Of a stretch of DNA of 64,000 bases, positions 1 through 10,577 are shown piece after piece. The DNA lies in contig QCCP01000011.1 of assembly GCA_003281225.1 (NCBI GenBank), forward strand, positions 354-64,353. The letters are read 5' to 3'. The notes under the pieces were generated by a model. It was not told the origin of the DNA, did not search any database, and worked only from the letters and a program-made list of their open reading frames with translations. Within the stretch, counting starts at the first letter, position 1; each line of letters begins with the position of its first letter. The translations under genes and the position numbers were made by a program. The stretch is from Prochlorococcus sp. AG-347-L20. GTDB taxonomy: Bacteria; Cyanobacteriota; Cyanobacteriia; PCC-6307; Cyanobiaceae.

Positions 1-58
1 GAGATCTTTTCTATTTACGTCATTGGGCTGCACTGTCCAGATATTATCTAAAGCTTAA

Positions 59-1639
59 ATGTCTGGTTCAAGATGGTTTGACAAGTCTCTATTACTTAGA
101 GATGGAATAAGACTTATATCCAGGATTTGGTTACCTAATAATAATGGGCCGTGGCCTGCATTATTGATGAGACAACCATATGGAAGGGAAATAGCTTCAA
201 CTATTACCTATTCTCACCCAGAATGGTGGGCTTCCAAAGGGTACATGGTAATAATTCAAGATGTTAGAGGTATGGGTTCTTCTGAAGGAGTTTTTAATGG
301 TTTTACTCAAGAAGCTAGCGATAATTCAGAAACACATGAATGGGTAAGGTCTCTAAAAGAATGTAATGGGAAACTTGGCTTATATGGTTTTTCATATCAA
401 GGATTTACTCAACTAACTGGTGAATTAAATTCAAAGCCGCCTGATTGTTTATCTCCTGCGATGACTGGGATGAATATTAAGGATCATTGGTGCTCAGATG
501 GAGGAGCATATTGGTGGCATAACAATATTGCATGGGGACTTCAAATCGCAGCACTAAAAATGAAAAGAGAAAATAAATTGCTTGAGTGGGAAAAGATAAG
601 ATTAGCCTTAGAAAACAAAAGTTATTTAAGGGAAGGAATTGATACCTTAAAAAAATATGATCCTAAAAGCTTTGTTTTGGAATGGCTTGAAAATTTAAAT
701 AATGCTCGCCCATTTGAAGAATTTAAACCAATCTCAACATGGATTAAACAACCTATGTTAATTATTGGAGGACTTTGGGATCCACATTTAAAAGGTGCCT
801 TTGATCTTTATAAAAAATCTAAAGAAGCTGGTGGAAGCCCAGAGATTATTATTGGAAATGCGACACATCTAAATTGGTGGGAGGGATCACAAGAGTCTTT
901 ATTAAAATTTTTTGATAAAAATTTAAAATCAGATGAAAAGTTTAATTCTAAGAATTTTAAAGACGAGAAAAAAATATGGAATATTTCATTAAATAAATGG
1001 GAAGAATTAGATAATAAATTTCACCCTGAATTTATTTTTGGGCTCAAAAGCGATGGCAAAGCAAATGCAGAGGTTGAAGATGGAAGTCTGACTATAAATT
1101 CAAAAGGATCAGGATGGTTCACAATTGTTAACGACCCATGGCGACCTACTCCATCTGACGGTGGTCATTTAGGTCCAAATCCAGGAAAGTTTAATAGAAG
1201 TATTATTGATAGACGCCTGGATGTAGGTGTTTTTCAAACCAATTCTTTTGAAGAAGATCAATATTTAAGAGGAGTTCCCACATTAGAAATCCAAGTAAAA
1301 AGTGATCAGCCCAATTTCGATATCTGTCTTGCTTTATCTCTAGTTGAAGAAAGTAATGAGAATGTGAATCAATTTTCAACTGGATTTTTAAGGGTTAAAA
1401 ACTCCAAAATAAGTAAAGATTGCATTTATCAAATAACAATGCAGCCAACAAATATTTGTTTGATTAAAGATAGCAAGCTTCGCTTATCTATATCTGCAGC
1501 AGCTTATCCCGCAATTGGAGTTAATCCTGGGTTTGGGGAGGGAAATGTTGGGGCGCCTTCAGCAAATCATAGAGTTATTACTCTAAGTTTTAGCCTTAAT
1601 AAAACATTTATGAAAATGACCCCTTTTTTTAATAAATAA
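59..1639 (+). CDS. CocE/NonD-family alpha/beta hydrolase (X-Pro dipeptidyl-peptidase S15-like acylase)
   Basis: 526-aa ORF with a nucleophile elbow GFSYQG after an N-terminal alpha/beta-hydrolase-like region. The long C-terminal beta-rich domain is typical of the CocE/NonD family. Confidence 0.7.
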   Translation: MSGSRWFDKSLLLRDGIRLISRIWLPNNNGPWPALLMRQPYGREIASTITYSHPEWWASKGYMVIIQDVRGMGSSEGVFNGFTQEASDNSETHEWVRSLKECNGKLGLYGFSYQGFTQLTGELNSKPPDCLSPAMTGMNIKDHWCSDGGAYWWHNNIAWGLQIAALKMKRENKLLEWEKIRLALENKSYLREGIDTLKKYDPKSFVLEWLENLNNARPFEEFKPISTWIKQPMLIIGGLWDPHLKGAFDLYKKSKEAGGSPEIIIGNATHLNWWEGSQESLLKFFDKNLKSDEKFNSKNFKDEKKIWNISLNKWEELDNKFHPEFIFGLKSDGKANAEVEDGSLTINSKGSGWFTIVNDPWRPTPSDGGHLGPNPGKFNRSIIDRRLDVGVFQTNSFEEDQYLRGVPTLEIQVKSDQPNFDICLALSLVEESNENVNQFSTGFLRVKNSKISKDCIYQITMQPTNICLIKDSKLRLSISAAAYPAIGVNPGFGEGNVGAPSANHRVITLSFSLNKTFMKMTPFFNK

Positions 1640-1691
1640 TTATTTTTTTGGTTAATCATTTGATATTATTAATCCTTAATATCTACCAGTC

Positions 1692-3956
1692 ATGATCGAA
1701 ACAATTCAAGCAGACTGGATTAAATCAGAAGCTATCAACCTAGAAAATTGTTGCAATGATAATCCATTTAAAATATTAGGTCCTCATTTTTATAAAGAAC
1801 AATGGGTCATTAGGGTATGGATGCCTGAAGCCGACGAAGTTAAAATAAATTTTAAAAACAAAACCTATAAGGCCGAAAGCATAAACCATAAATGGCTTTT
1901 TGAAACTATCCTGCCTGAAAATCCAAATCACAATTACGAAATAAATATTTCACGAGGAGGGATCACACATACACAACATGACCCTTGGTCATATAGAGAA
2001 GAGTGGATGGGAGAAGTTGATAGACATCTTTTTGCAGAAGGTAATCATCATCATATTTGGGAAAAAATGGGAGCACATCTCATTGAAGAAAAGAATCAAA
2101 AAGGGGTCATGTTTTGCATTTGGGCTCCAAATGCAAAATCAATCTCGATAATTGGAGATATAAATTCTTGGGATGGAAGACATCATCCAATGCAAAAAAG
2201 ATTAGGGGGAATTTGGGAACTATTCATGCCTTCAATGCAAGAGGGCGACACATATAAATACGAAATAAGAACACAACAAGGTCATATTTATGAGAAAGCT
2301 GATCCATATGGTTTCCTTCATGAAATCAGACCTCAAAATGGTTCAATAGTTTCAAAGTTGAAAAACTTTAATTGGAATGATAGTTCTTGGATTTCAAAAA
2401 GAGATTCTTCTAGTCAAATTAACAAGCCAATTTCAGTTTACGAAATGCATTTAGGGAGTTGGCTCCATGAATCAACAGATAATAAATATCTGGAGGACCA
2501 TGGTGAACCAAGAGACCCAGTACCTGCAGCCGATTTAAAGCCTGGAACACGATTATTAACTTATCCAGAATTAACCAAGAAACTAATCCCTTACGTAAAA
2601 GAAAGAGGATTCACTCATATTGAACTAATGCCAATATCTGAACATCCTTTCGATGGTTCATGGGGATACCAAGTTACAGGCTGGTATGCACCAACAAGTA
2701 GATTTGGCACCCCAAATGAATTTAGAGAGTTTGTAAATAAATGTCATGAAGAGGGCATAGGCGTAATTCTTGATTGGGTGCCAGGACATTTTCCAAAAGA
2801 TAAGCATGGTTTAGCATTTTTTGATGGTTGCCATCTTTATGAGCATGGAGATTCACGAATAGGTGAACACAAAGAATGGGGAACCCTAATATTTAATTAC
2901 AGCAGAAACGAAGTAAGAAATTTCTTAGTAGCAAATCTCATTTATTGGTTTGAAGAGTTTCATATTGATGGCATAAGAGTAGATGCTGTAGCTTCCATGC
3001 TTTACAGAGATTATCTACGTCCTGATGGAGAATGGATACCCAATGAAAATGGTGGGAATGAAAATATAGAAGCCGTTAAATTTCTTCAACAGGCTAATCA
3101 TGTACTCTTCCAACACTTCCCAGGTGCACTTTCTATCGCTGAAGAATCAACAACTTGGCCAATGGTAACCAAACCAACTGACATGGGAGGGTTAGGGTTT
3201 AACTTGAAATGGAATATGGGATGGATGCACGATATGCTTGATTATTTTGAAATAGATCCTTGGTTTAGGCAATTCCATCAAAATAGTGTGACTTTCTCAA
3301 TTACATATAACTATACAGAGAACTTTATGCTTGCACTTAGTCATGATGAGGTTGTCCATGGTAAAAGTCATCTTTTGCATAAAATGCCTGGCGATGACTG
3401 GAAGAAATATGCAAATACTCGAGCATTACTAACTTATATGTGGACCCACCCTGGTAAAAAAACAATATTTATGGGAATGGAATTTGGGCAAAGACAAGAA
3501 TGGAATGTTTGGGATGATCTGCAATGGGAGTTACTAGAATTTGAGCCCCATATAGGTATCAGAAACTTGATTGATGACCTAAACGTTCTTTATAAAAATG
3601 AACCTGCATTATGGAAAAATGACTTTGATCCTTATGGATTCCAATGGATAGATTGTAATGACAAATCTAATTCGGTTATAAGTTTCATGAGAAGAGAAAA
3701 CGATACCAATGAGTGGCTTGTTGTTGTTGCTAACTTTACACCTAATACTCATGGGTCATACAAAGTAGGTGTTCCTGTGGAAGGATTCTATAAAGAAATA
3801 TTTAATTCAGATGGCTCTAGATACGGGGGCAGTAACAAAGGAAATATGGGGGGTAAAGAAACTATAAATTACAATATTCATGATTATCAAAATGCTCTAG
3901 AACTTGCTTTGCCCCCATTAAGCGTGAGTATATTCAAACATCAATCAAAAAAATAA
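1692..3956 (+). CDS. glgB: 1,4-alpha-glucan branching enzyme
   Basis: 754 aa with GH13 branching-enzyme motifs [16 protein letters not shown] and [10 protein letters not shown], plus an N-terminal carbohydrate-binding-like region. Confidence 0.95.
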   Translation: MIETIQADWIKSEAINLENCCNDNPFKILGPHFYKEQWVIRVWMPEADEVKINFKNKTYKAESINHKWLFETILPENPNHNYEINISRGGITHTQHDPWSYREEWMGEVDRHLFAEGNHHHIWEKMGAHLIEEKNQKGVMFCIWAPNAKSISIIGDINSWDGRHHPMQKRLGGIWELFMPSMQEGDTYKYEIRTQQGHIYEKADPYGFLHEIRPQNGSIVSKLKNFNWNDSSWISKRDSSSQINKPISVYEMHLGSWLHESTDNKYLEDHGEPRDPVPAADLKPGTRLLTYPELTKKLIPYVKERGFTHIELMPISEHPFDGSWGYQVTGWYAPTSRFGTPNEFREFVNKCHEEGIGVILDWVPGHFPKDKHGLAFFDGCHLYEHGDSRIGEHKEWGTLIFNYSRNEVRNFLVANLIYWFEEFHIDGIRVDAVASMLYRDYLRPDGEWIPNENGGNENIEAVKFLQQANHVLFQHFPGALSIAEESTTWPMVTKPTDMGGLGFNLKWNMGWMHDMLDYFEIDPWFRQFHQNSVTFSITYNYTENFMLALSHDEVVHGKSHLLHKMPGDDWKKYANTRALLTYMWTHPGKKTIFMGMEFGQRQEWNVWDDLQWELLEFEPHIGIRNLIDDLNVLYKNEPALWKNDFDPYGFQWIDCNDKSNSVISFMRRENDTNEWLVVVANFTPNTHGSYKVGVPVEGFYKEIFNSDGSRYGGSNKGNMGGKETINYNIHDYQNALELALPPLSVSIFKHQSKK

Positions 3957-4073
3957 GAAGGCTTATTTAACTTAGTGCTTCATATAAATGTTCATATAAC
4001 GCTTTTGCTCTGCTTTACATTGTAAGATTTTTAAGTTGGATTTTAATTTTTTTTTAAAATATCGAATTGAAAA

Positions 4074-5114
4074 ATGGGTCAAGATTTACCACTACTACTT
4101 TCTGCCGCATTAGGTAAAAAAGTAAAAAGGCCTCCAGTATGGATGATGAGGCAAGCAGGAAGATATATGAAAATCTATAGAAATTTAAGGGAGCGTTACC
4201 CAAGCTTTAGAGAGAGGTCTGAAAATCCAGAACTATCATATGAGATTTCAATGCAACCTTTTCATGCTTTCAAACCGGATGGTGTGATCCTTTTTTCAGA
4301 TATTCTCACACCTCTTCCAGGGATGGGTATAAATTTTGAAATCATAGAAAGTAAAGGTCCAATTATTGAGGACCCAATAAGAACTCTTAATCAGGTAGAA
4401 AATTTAAGAGAATTAAATCCAAGCGAGAGTTTAAGCTTTGTTGGGCAAGTTCTTTCTTCACTAAAAAAAGATGTGAATAATGAGGCAACTGTTTTAGGTT
4501 TTGTTGGCGCACCTTGGACTCTTGCTGCATATGTAGTTGAAGGTAAAAGCAGTAAAAATTATTCCTTAATAAAATCTATGGCTTTTAATGAACCAGATTT
4601 ACTTCATAAACTTCTTGATCATTTTGCAAAATCTATTGGTGAATATCTTAAATATCAAATAAAATCTGGAGCGCAAGTAGTACAAATTTTTGATTCATGG
4701 GCAGGCCAACTTAGTCCACAAGATTATGATATCTTTGCTGGGCCTTATCAAAAAAAAGTTGTTGAAATTGTAAAAGCGGAATACCCTGAAACACCAATAA
4801 TTCTTTACATTTCAGGAAGTGCTGGGGTATTGGAAAGAATGGCAAAAACTGGAGTAGATATAATTTCATTAGACTGGACAGTAGATATTGAAGAGGCTTG
4901 TAAAAGAATCCCCAGGGGGATTGGAATTCAAGGTAATGTTGACCCTGGCATTTTATTCGGAAACAAAGAATCAATAAAAGAAAGGATAGATAATACTTTC
5001 AATAAAATTAAAAACAGGAAATATATTCTTAATTTGGGTCATGGGATTTTACCTGGGACTCCAGAAGAAAATGCTCAAACATTTTTTGAACATGGGAAAA
5101 AACTCACTTACTAG
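4074..5114 (+). CDS. hemE: uroporphyrinogen decarboxylase
   Basis: 346 aa with the URO-D signature [13 protein letters not shown] near the N-terminus and full-length family resemblance. Confidence 0.95.
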   Translation: MGQDLPLLLSAALGKKVKRPPVWMMRQAGRYMKIYRNLRERYPSFRERSENPELSYEISMQPFHAFKPDGVILFSDILTPLPGMGINFEIIESKGPIIEDPIRTLNQVENLRELNPSESLSFVGQVLSSLKKDVNNEATVLGFVGAPWTLAAYVVEGKSSKNYSLIKSMAFNEPDLLHKLLDHFAKSIGEYLKYQIKSGAQVVQIFDSWAGQLSPQDYDIFAGPYQKKVVEIVKAEYPETPIILYISGSAGVLERMAKTGVDIISLDWTVDIEEACKRIPRGIGIQGNVDPGILFGNKESIKERIDNTFNKIKNRKYILNLGHGILPGTPEENAQTFFEHGKKLTY

Positions 5115-5122
5115 TCAAAGTC

Positions 5123-6106
5123 TTGGCATATAAAAATTTATTAATAACAGGCGCTAATGGATGTGTTGGCCAATATTTAGTTGATTGGTTTTTGAAAAAC
5201 ACAAAATTCAGGCTTTATCTCATGGTAAGAGACAAAAGTAAGTTGCCAATTTCTGTTCAAGAAAATAAAAAAGTCAATTTAATGGTATGCGATATCAGGG
5301 AATCAAATAGGTATAAAAAGGAAATTAGTCAAATTAATTACCTAATCCATACTGCTACAGCTTGGGGAGATCCAAAAAGAGCCTATGAAGTAAATATTAA
5401 AGCTTTTGAAGAATTACTAGAAATGCTTGATATTGAAAAGTTAGAAAAGATTATTTATTTTTCAACAGCTAGTATTCTTGATACCCAAACAGAATTAATG
5501 AGGGAATCATTGATTTATGGAACAGAGTACATTCAAACAAAATTTGAATGTTTCCAGAGACTTAGAGAAAGCTCATTTGCAGAAAAAACATTCGCTGTTT
5601 TCCCTACCTTGGTTTTTGGAGGTAATCTTGGAAAAAAAAGTAAATTTCCTGTGAGTTATTTAACTAGTGGATTGAAAGAAATTGGGAAATGGCTTTGGTT
5701 AGCAAGATTTTTAAAACTCGATTCTAAATTTCACTTTATACACGCAAATGATATCGCCCAGATTTGCGGGTTTTTAATTAAAAATCATAAAGAAGAGCAA
5801 TACAAAGGCTTTAGAAAATTTGTGCTAGGTCAAAAATTCATTTCAATTGATGATGCAATAATTACACTGTTAAAAAGACATAATATGAGGAGATTTTTTG
5901 CGATACCGCTTACAAAAAAAATTCTAAAAATATTATTAAGAATTCTCCCCATCCAAACTACTCCTTGGGATAGCTTCAGTATCAAAAAATATGACTTTAA
6001 TCATGTCCCCATCACTAATCCTGAGACTTTCAAACTTAAAAGTTATGCCAAGTCACTGAATGATATTTTAAGGTTATCAAAGTTACCAAGCTGTAATAAC
6101 AATTAA
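5123..6106 (+). CDS. NAD-dependent epimerase/dehydratase-family protein
   Basis: 327 aa with an N-terminal Rossmann motif [12 protein letters not shown]. The start used is TTG, so the 5' end is uncertain. Confidence 0.6.
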   Translation: MAYKNLLITGANGCVGQYLVDWFLKNTKFRLYLMVRDKSKLPISVQENKKVNLMVCDIRESNRYKKEISQINYLIHTATAWGDPKRAYEVNIKAFEELLEMLDIEKLEKIIYFSTASILDTQTELMRESLIYGTEYIQTKFECFQRLRESSFAEKTFAVFPTLVFGGNLGKKSKFPVSYLTSGLKEIGKWLWLARFLKLDSKFHFIHANDIAQICGFLIKNHKEEQYKGFRKFVLGQKFISIDDAIITLLKRHNMRRFFAIPLTKKILKILLRILPIQTTPWDSFSIKKYDFNHVPITNPETFKLKSYAKSLNDILRLSKLPSCNNN

Positions 6107-6165
6107 AATTCTCGCAGTTAGGTTACCAAAGCCTTGTAATATGTATAGATAAGCAAATTTTTATT

Positions 6166-6516
6166 ATGTTACGTTCAATCTTTGCAGGGTTATTTGCAAT
6201 AGTTTTAACTCTAGGTTTAGGTATTTCATCAGTTTCAGCTAAGACTGTTGAAGTAAAACTTGGAACGGATGCTGGAATGCTTGCATTTGAACCAAGTACT
6301 GTAACCATTAGTGCTGGTGATACAGTTAAATTCGTCAATAATAAACTTGCCCCTCACAATGCTGTTTTTGATGGGCATGAGGAATTAAGTCATGCGGACC
6401 TAGCTTTTGCTCCAGGAGAGTCTTGGGAAGAAACATTTGATACTGCTGGAACTTATGATTACTATTGCGAGCCACACAGAGGCGCTGGAATGGTAGGTAA
6501 AGTTATTGTTGAATAG
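6166..6516 (+). CDS. petE: plastocyanin
   Basis: 116 aa with a signal peptide ([20 protein letters not shown]) and type-I copper ligand regions PHN and [15 protein letters not shown]. Confidence 0.93.
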   Translation: MLRSIFAGLFAIVLTLGLGISSVSAKTVEVKLGTDAGMLAFEPSTVTISAGDTVKFVNNKLAPHNAVFDGHEELSHADLAFAPGESWEETFDTAGTYDYYCEPHRGAGMVGKVIVE

Positions 6517-6581
6517 ATCTTCTAAATAGTTAAACACCTTTTTGACTTAATATTTATTACGGTCATATTAAATTTTGATTG

Positions 6582-9164
6582 ATGAAAATAGTTCCAAGAG
6601 AATTCTCAAATTCTGCTTGGAACTGTTTTATTTTTGCCAAAGAAATTGCTTATAAAAATTATCAACAAAACGTAGACTCTGATAATTTATTATTAGCTCT
6701 TATAAAAAAGGACAATATCACAAAAAATATTTTTAAAAAAAATAATGTAAATATAAAAGATCTTGAGAGGGAAATAATTTCTTCATTAAATGCGAAGGCC
6801 AAAATGAAAAATAAACAAGATAATTTATATATTGGTGAGACTCTTCACAAAATATTTTTGAAGGCGAATGATATTAAAAATACTTTAAATGATGTAGTGA
6901 TATCAACAGAACATTTAGTTTACGGTTTCAATTATGATGATAATTATGGATTGCAAATTTTAAATCAAAAAGGTATTCCAGAATTTCTTGAAATTATAAA
7001 GAAAATGAAGTCAGATCCGGCAGTAAAAAATGAATTTGATAGTTCTAATGAGTCTTTGGAAAAATATGGTATTGATCTAACTCAATCTGCACGTGATGGA
7101 ATTTTAGACCCAGTTATTGGTAGAGATGAAGAGATTAGAAGAACAATTCAAATATTGAGTAGAAGAACAAAAAATAATCCAGTTCTTATTGGAGAACCTG
7201 GGGTTGGCAAAACAGCCATTGTAGAAGGGTTAGCTCAAAGAATTATTAATGGCGATGTACCTTCTGCGCTACAAGAAAGGAAACTAATTTCATTAGATAT
7301 GGGTTCACTTTTAGCTGGAGCAAAATATCGTGGAGAATTTGAAGAAAGAATAAAAAATATTCTAAAGAAAGTGAAAGAATCAGACGGTAAGATTATTCTT
7401 TTTATTGATGAAATTCATACGGTAGTTGGTGCAGGAGCTAGTGGAGGTTCTTTAGATGCAAGCAACTTATTAAAACCAATGCTTGCGAGAGGAGAACTTA
7501 GATGTATTGGTGCTACAACTATTAATGAACATAAACAAAATATAGAAAAAGATCCTGCTTTAGAACGAAGATTTCAAAAGATAAAAGTTGATGCTCCTTC
7601 AATAAATGATACAGTATCAATTTTAAGAGGATTGAGAGAAAGATACGAAGTTCATCATAGTGTGAGAATTTCTGATAATGCTCTAGTTGCAGCTGCAACC
7701 CTTAGCGAAAGATATATTAACGATAGATTTCTTCCTGACAAAGCAATAGATCTAATCGATGAAGCAGCCTCAAGATTAAATATGGTCATAACTTCCAAAC
7801 CTGAAGAAATTGATGAAATTGATCGAAAACTTCTACAGTTTGAGATGGAAAAATTATCTTTAAAAAGAGAAACGGATGATTTTTCTATAGAAAGATTAAA
7901 AAAAATCAATAATGAACTTATATCCCTTAAAGATAAACAGGCAGAATTAGGCGCTCAATGGAAAAAAGAAAAAGATGAAATTGACGAGATTAGCTCCATA
8001 AAAGAAGAAATTGAATCTGTTCAATTGCAAATAGATCAAGCCAAAAGGAGTTTTGACCTGAACAAAGCAGCAGAATTAGAATTTGGAACTTTAAATTCTT
8101 TGCAAAAAAAACTGAAAGAAAAAAGTGAGTCTCTAGTAAATTCCCAAAAAAATGGAGATACAAATCTTTTAAGACAAGAGGTAACTTTTGATGATATTGC
8201 AGAAGTTGTCTCAAAGTGGACCTCTATTCCAGTACAGAACTTAAACCAGTCAGAAAAAGATAAACTCTTGAGCCTAGAGTCAATCCTTAAAGAAAAAATT
8301 ATTGGTCAAGATAGTGCAATTAGGGCTGTTGTAGATTCCATTAAGAGATCAAGGACTGGTCTAAATGATCCAAGCAAGCCATTAGCCAGTTTTCTCTTTT
8401 TAGGTCCAACTGGTGTTGGAAAAACAGAGCTAAGTAAAGTAACAGCCAAAATAATATTCGATTCAAATTCTTCAATTACAAGACTGGATATGTCTGAATA
8501 CATGGAAAAGCATTCAGTGAGCAAAATTATAGGTGCGCCTCCTGGATATTTAGGTTTCGAATCAGGCGGTCAACTAACTGAAGCTGTACGCAAAAATCCT
8601 TATTCATTAATACTCCTAGATGAAATAGAGAAAGCTCACAAAGATATTTTAGATATTCTCTTACAGGTTCTTGATGATGGAATCATTACTGATGGTCAAG
8701 GTCGTACAATCAATTTCAAAAATTCAATCATTGTTCTCACAAGTAATTTAGGAAGTCAATCAATAAATGATTTATCAGTTAGAAAAGAAGATACAAATGA
8801 AATTAAAAAAGTTGTAGATAATGAAATTAAAAAATTTTTCAAGCCTGAGTTTTTAAATCGACTTGATGAAATAGTTATTTTTAATAATTTAGAATTAAAT
8901 GACATAAAAGAAATTGCAAAAATACAGCTTCAACATTTAGAAAAAAGACTTAACAAAGAAAACTTAAAATTTAAAATTACGGATGAAGCAATTAACCAAC
9001 TTGTCGAGAATAGTTTCGATCATGCCTATGGTGCAAGGCCTTTAAAAAGAATTATTCAAAAACAAATTGAGACAAAAATTTCAAATAATATATTGAATAA
9101 TCATTACCTTAATAAAGACGAGGTTAATATTTATCTGGTTAATGGAGAGATAAATGTTGATTAA
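6582..9164 (+). CDS. clpB: ClpB-type AAA+ disaggregase
   Basis: Two AAA+ modules (Walker A GEPGVGKT and GPTGVGKT) separated by a long coiled-coil middle domain. An ATG at 6582 directly follows the TTG (6579) used by the ORF track. Confidence 0.9.
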   Translation: MKIVPREFSNSAWNCFIFAKEIAYKNYQQNVDSDNLLLALIKKDNITKNIFKKNNVNIKDLEREIISSLNAKAKMKNKQDNLYIGETLHKIFLKANDIKNTLNDVVISTEHLVYGFNYDDNYGLQILNQKGIPEFLEIIKKMKSDPAVKNEFDSSNESLEKYGIDLTQSARDGILDPVIGRDEEIRRTIQILSRRTKNNPVLIGEPGVGKTAIVEGLAQRIINGDVPSALQERKLISLDMGSLLAGAKYRGEFEERIKNILKKVKESDGKIILFIDEIHTVVGAGASGGSLDASNLLKPMLARGELRCIGATTINEHKQNIEKDPALERRFQKIKVDAPSINDTVSILRGLRERYEVHHSVRISDNALVAAATLSERYINDRFLPDKAIDLIDEAASRLNMVITSKPEEIDEIDRKLLQFEMEKLSLKRETDDFSIERLKKINNELISLKDKQAELGAQWKKEKDEIDEISSIKEEIESVQLQIDQAKRSFDLNKAAELEFGTLNSLQKKLKEKSESLVNSQKNGDTNLLRQEVTFDDIAEVVSKWTSIPVQNLNQSEKDKLLSLESILKEKIIGQDSAIRAVVDSIKRSRTGLNDPSKPLASFLFLGPTGVGKTELSKVTAKIIFDSNSSITRLDMSEYMEKHSVSKIIGAPPGYLGFESGGQLTEAVRKNPYSLILLDEIEKAHKDILDILLQVLDDGIITDGQGRTINFKNSIIVLTSNLGSQSINDLSVRKEDTNEIKKVVDNEIKKFFKPEFLNRLDEIVIFNNLELNDIKEIAKIQLQHLEKRLNKENLKFKITDEAINQLVENSFDHAYGARPLKRIIQKQIETKISNNILNNHYLNKDEVNIYLVNGEINVD

Positions 9165-9212
9165 ATATCTAATTAAAGAATTCTATATAACTTTAAAATT
9201 AACAACTTTAAT

Positions 9213-9686
9213 CTAAGATTTGAACCAATCAGGAATTTCCTCATAACTTGCTTTATTCGATTTATTTTCTTTTGATTCTGTTTTCCAACAACATGTTCTG
9301 CCCTTATCCTTATCCTGTAAGTATTCATTAGCCCATCTCCAAATTAGTTGAGAGGTGAACTCCATTCCCACATTATCCATAATTCTCAGATCTAAAGCAT
9401 CTAAGTCATGTAATTTTTCCCAGTAGTTCAGCAAAGGGTCATCTTTATTTATTAGAAAAGTATGATCAAATTGCTCCTTTAGTCTATTTTCTAGGGGCTT
9501 TAGACTTGAAAAATCGACAACAAAACCATTAAGGTCTAATTTTTTTGCAGTGAACCAAAAGGTGAATGATCTTGAATATCCATGCACAAATCTGCAGTGA
9601 CCTTCATGGCGCCATTGCCTATGTGAACAGGGAAAATCCTCGTAACTTTTGCTGCATGAAAATTTCAGAGAATGAATATACATCAA
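9213..9686 (-). CDS. 6-pyruvoyl-tetrahydropterin / 6-carboxytetrahydropterin synthase-family protein (QueD/PTPS-like)
   Basis: 157 aa with a Cys/His-rich catalytic region CSHRQWRHEGHCRFVHGYS, typical of the PTPS fold. Confidence 0.7.
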   Translation of the reverse strand: MMYIHSLKFSCSKSYEDFPCSHRQWRHEGHCRFVHGYSRSFTFWFTAKKLDLNGFVVDFSSLKPLENRLKEQFDHTFLINKDDPLLNYWEKLHDLDALDLRIMDNVGMEFTSQLIWRWANEYLQDKDKGRTCCWKTESKENKSNKASYEEIPDWFKS

Positions 9687-9746
9687 TTAATTGTTAGGAT
9701 AATTTTTAATAAAACACATTGAGTAGGATTTAACATAACGAACATA

Positions 9747-10409
9747 ATGACTTATTCAACTAATTTTTCGATAGATGATCTACGCTTTGATAATTATGGA
9801 TTAATCCCTGCAATAGCACAAGATTGGCTTGACGGATCAATTCTTATGCTTGCCTGGATGAACAAAGAATCTTTGACAATGACACTTGAAACCAAAAACG
9901 TTCATTATTGGAGTAGATCAAGATCCGAAATTTGGAGAAAAGGAGCTACAAGTGGAAGTACCCAAATACTTAAGGAGATAAGATTCGACTGCGATAATGA
10001 TGCACTAATCCTTTTGATTGAACAGAATGGTTCAGGAGCATGTCACACTGGGGAAAAAAGTTGTTTTTTCAACGAAATCAAAATTAATCAAAGTGATAAA
10101 AAAGAGAAAAAAACAACTCCCTTCTCAAATATTTGCTCTGAATTATTTAATACAATTAACGAAAGATCAATAAATCCATCAGAAAAAAGTTACACAAATC
10201 ATTTATTAACAAAAGGTAGTAATACTATTTTGAAAAAAATAGGAGAGGAATCTGCAGAATTTATAATGGCTTGCAAAGATAATGATAAAAATTCAATCTC
10301 AAATGAAGCTGCTGATTTAATTTATCATCTGCAAGTAGCCCTTATGCATAAAGGGGTTGAGTGGAGAGATGTACTTGCTGTTCTAGAATCAAGAAGAAAA
10401 ATCAAATAA
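9747..10409 (+). CDS. hisI: bifunctional phosphoribosyl-AMP cyclohydrolase / phosphoribosyl-ATP pyrophosphatase
   Basis: 220 aa. The N-terminal half is HisI-like (YWSRSRSEIWRKGATSG, CDNDALIL...GACHTGEKSCF). The C-terminal half is HisE-like (GEESAEFIMA...EAADLIYHL). Confidence 0.9.
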   Translation: MTYSTNFSIDDLRFDNYGLIPAIAQDWLDGSILMLAWMNKESLTMTLETKNVHYWSRSRSEIWRKGATSGSTQILKEIRFDCDNDALILLIEQNGSGACHTGEKSCFFNEIKINQSDKKEKKTTPFSNICSELFNTINERSINPSEKSYTNHLLTKGSNTILKKIGEESAEFIMACKDNDKNSISNEAADLIYHLQVALMHKGVEWRDVLAVLESRRKIK

Positions 10410-10459
10410 TTAAAATTTATAATTTTTTATTTTTTTACCTAAAATTTCAAAAAAAAATG

Positions 10460-10518
10460 TTAATTAACTAATTAATTAATTATTAATTAATTATTAATTA
10501 ATTATTAATTAATTATTA
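10460..10518. repeat. tandem repeat with 11-bp unit ATTAATTAATT: four perfect copies (10471-10514) plus degenerate or partial flanking copies
   Basis: Read directly. Units lie at 10471-10481, 10482-10492, 10493-10503 and 10504-10514, with a partial ATTA following and a degenerate TTAATTAACTA preceding. The repeat ends about 60 nt upstream of the sigma-factor start. Confidence 0.9.
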
Positions 10519-10521
10519 CAT

Positions 10522-10535
10522 GTATGGCTTATTAC
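10522..10535. promoter_or_regulatory. NtcA-consensus-like site GTA-N8-TAC (GTATGGCTTATTAC)
   Basis: Exact match to the palindromic NtcA core GTAN8TAC, 43 nt upstream of the GTG start. A TATATT -10-like hexamer at 10556-10561 gives a shorter than canonical spacing. Confidence 0.3.
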
Positions 10536-10577
10536 TGAATTGACTATAAGTTAAATATATTAACAATGAGGTAAATC

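Noticed and set aside
4711-8524. Assorted 70-90-aa antisense ORFs inside hemE, petE and clpB (4711-4974, 6123-6338, 7655-7909, 7990-8214, 8306-8524)
   Set aside because: Each lies wholly within a well-supported gene on the other strand, has biased low-complexity composition, and has no recognisable motif. The same reasoning applies to similar track entries inside other genes, for example 11185-11394, 16200-16535, 19479-19745, 36906-37136, 47857-48078 and 62817-63032.
10460-10518. Tandem repeat as a CRISPR array or as coding sequence
   Set aside because: The units are 11 bp with no spacers, so this is not CRISPR. Every unit contains TAA in multiple frames, so it cannot be translated.
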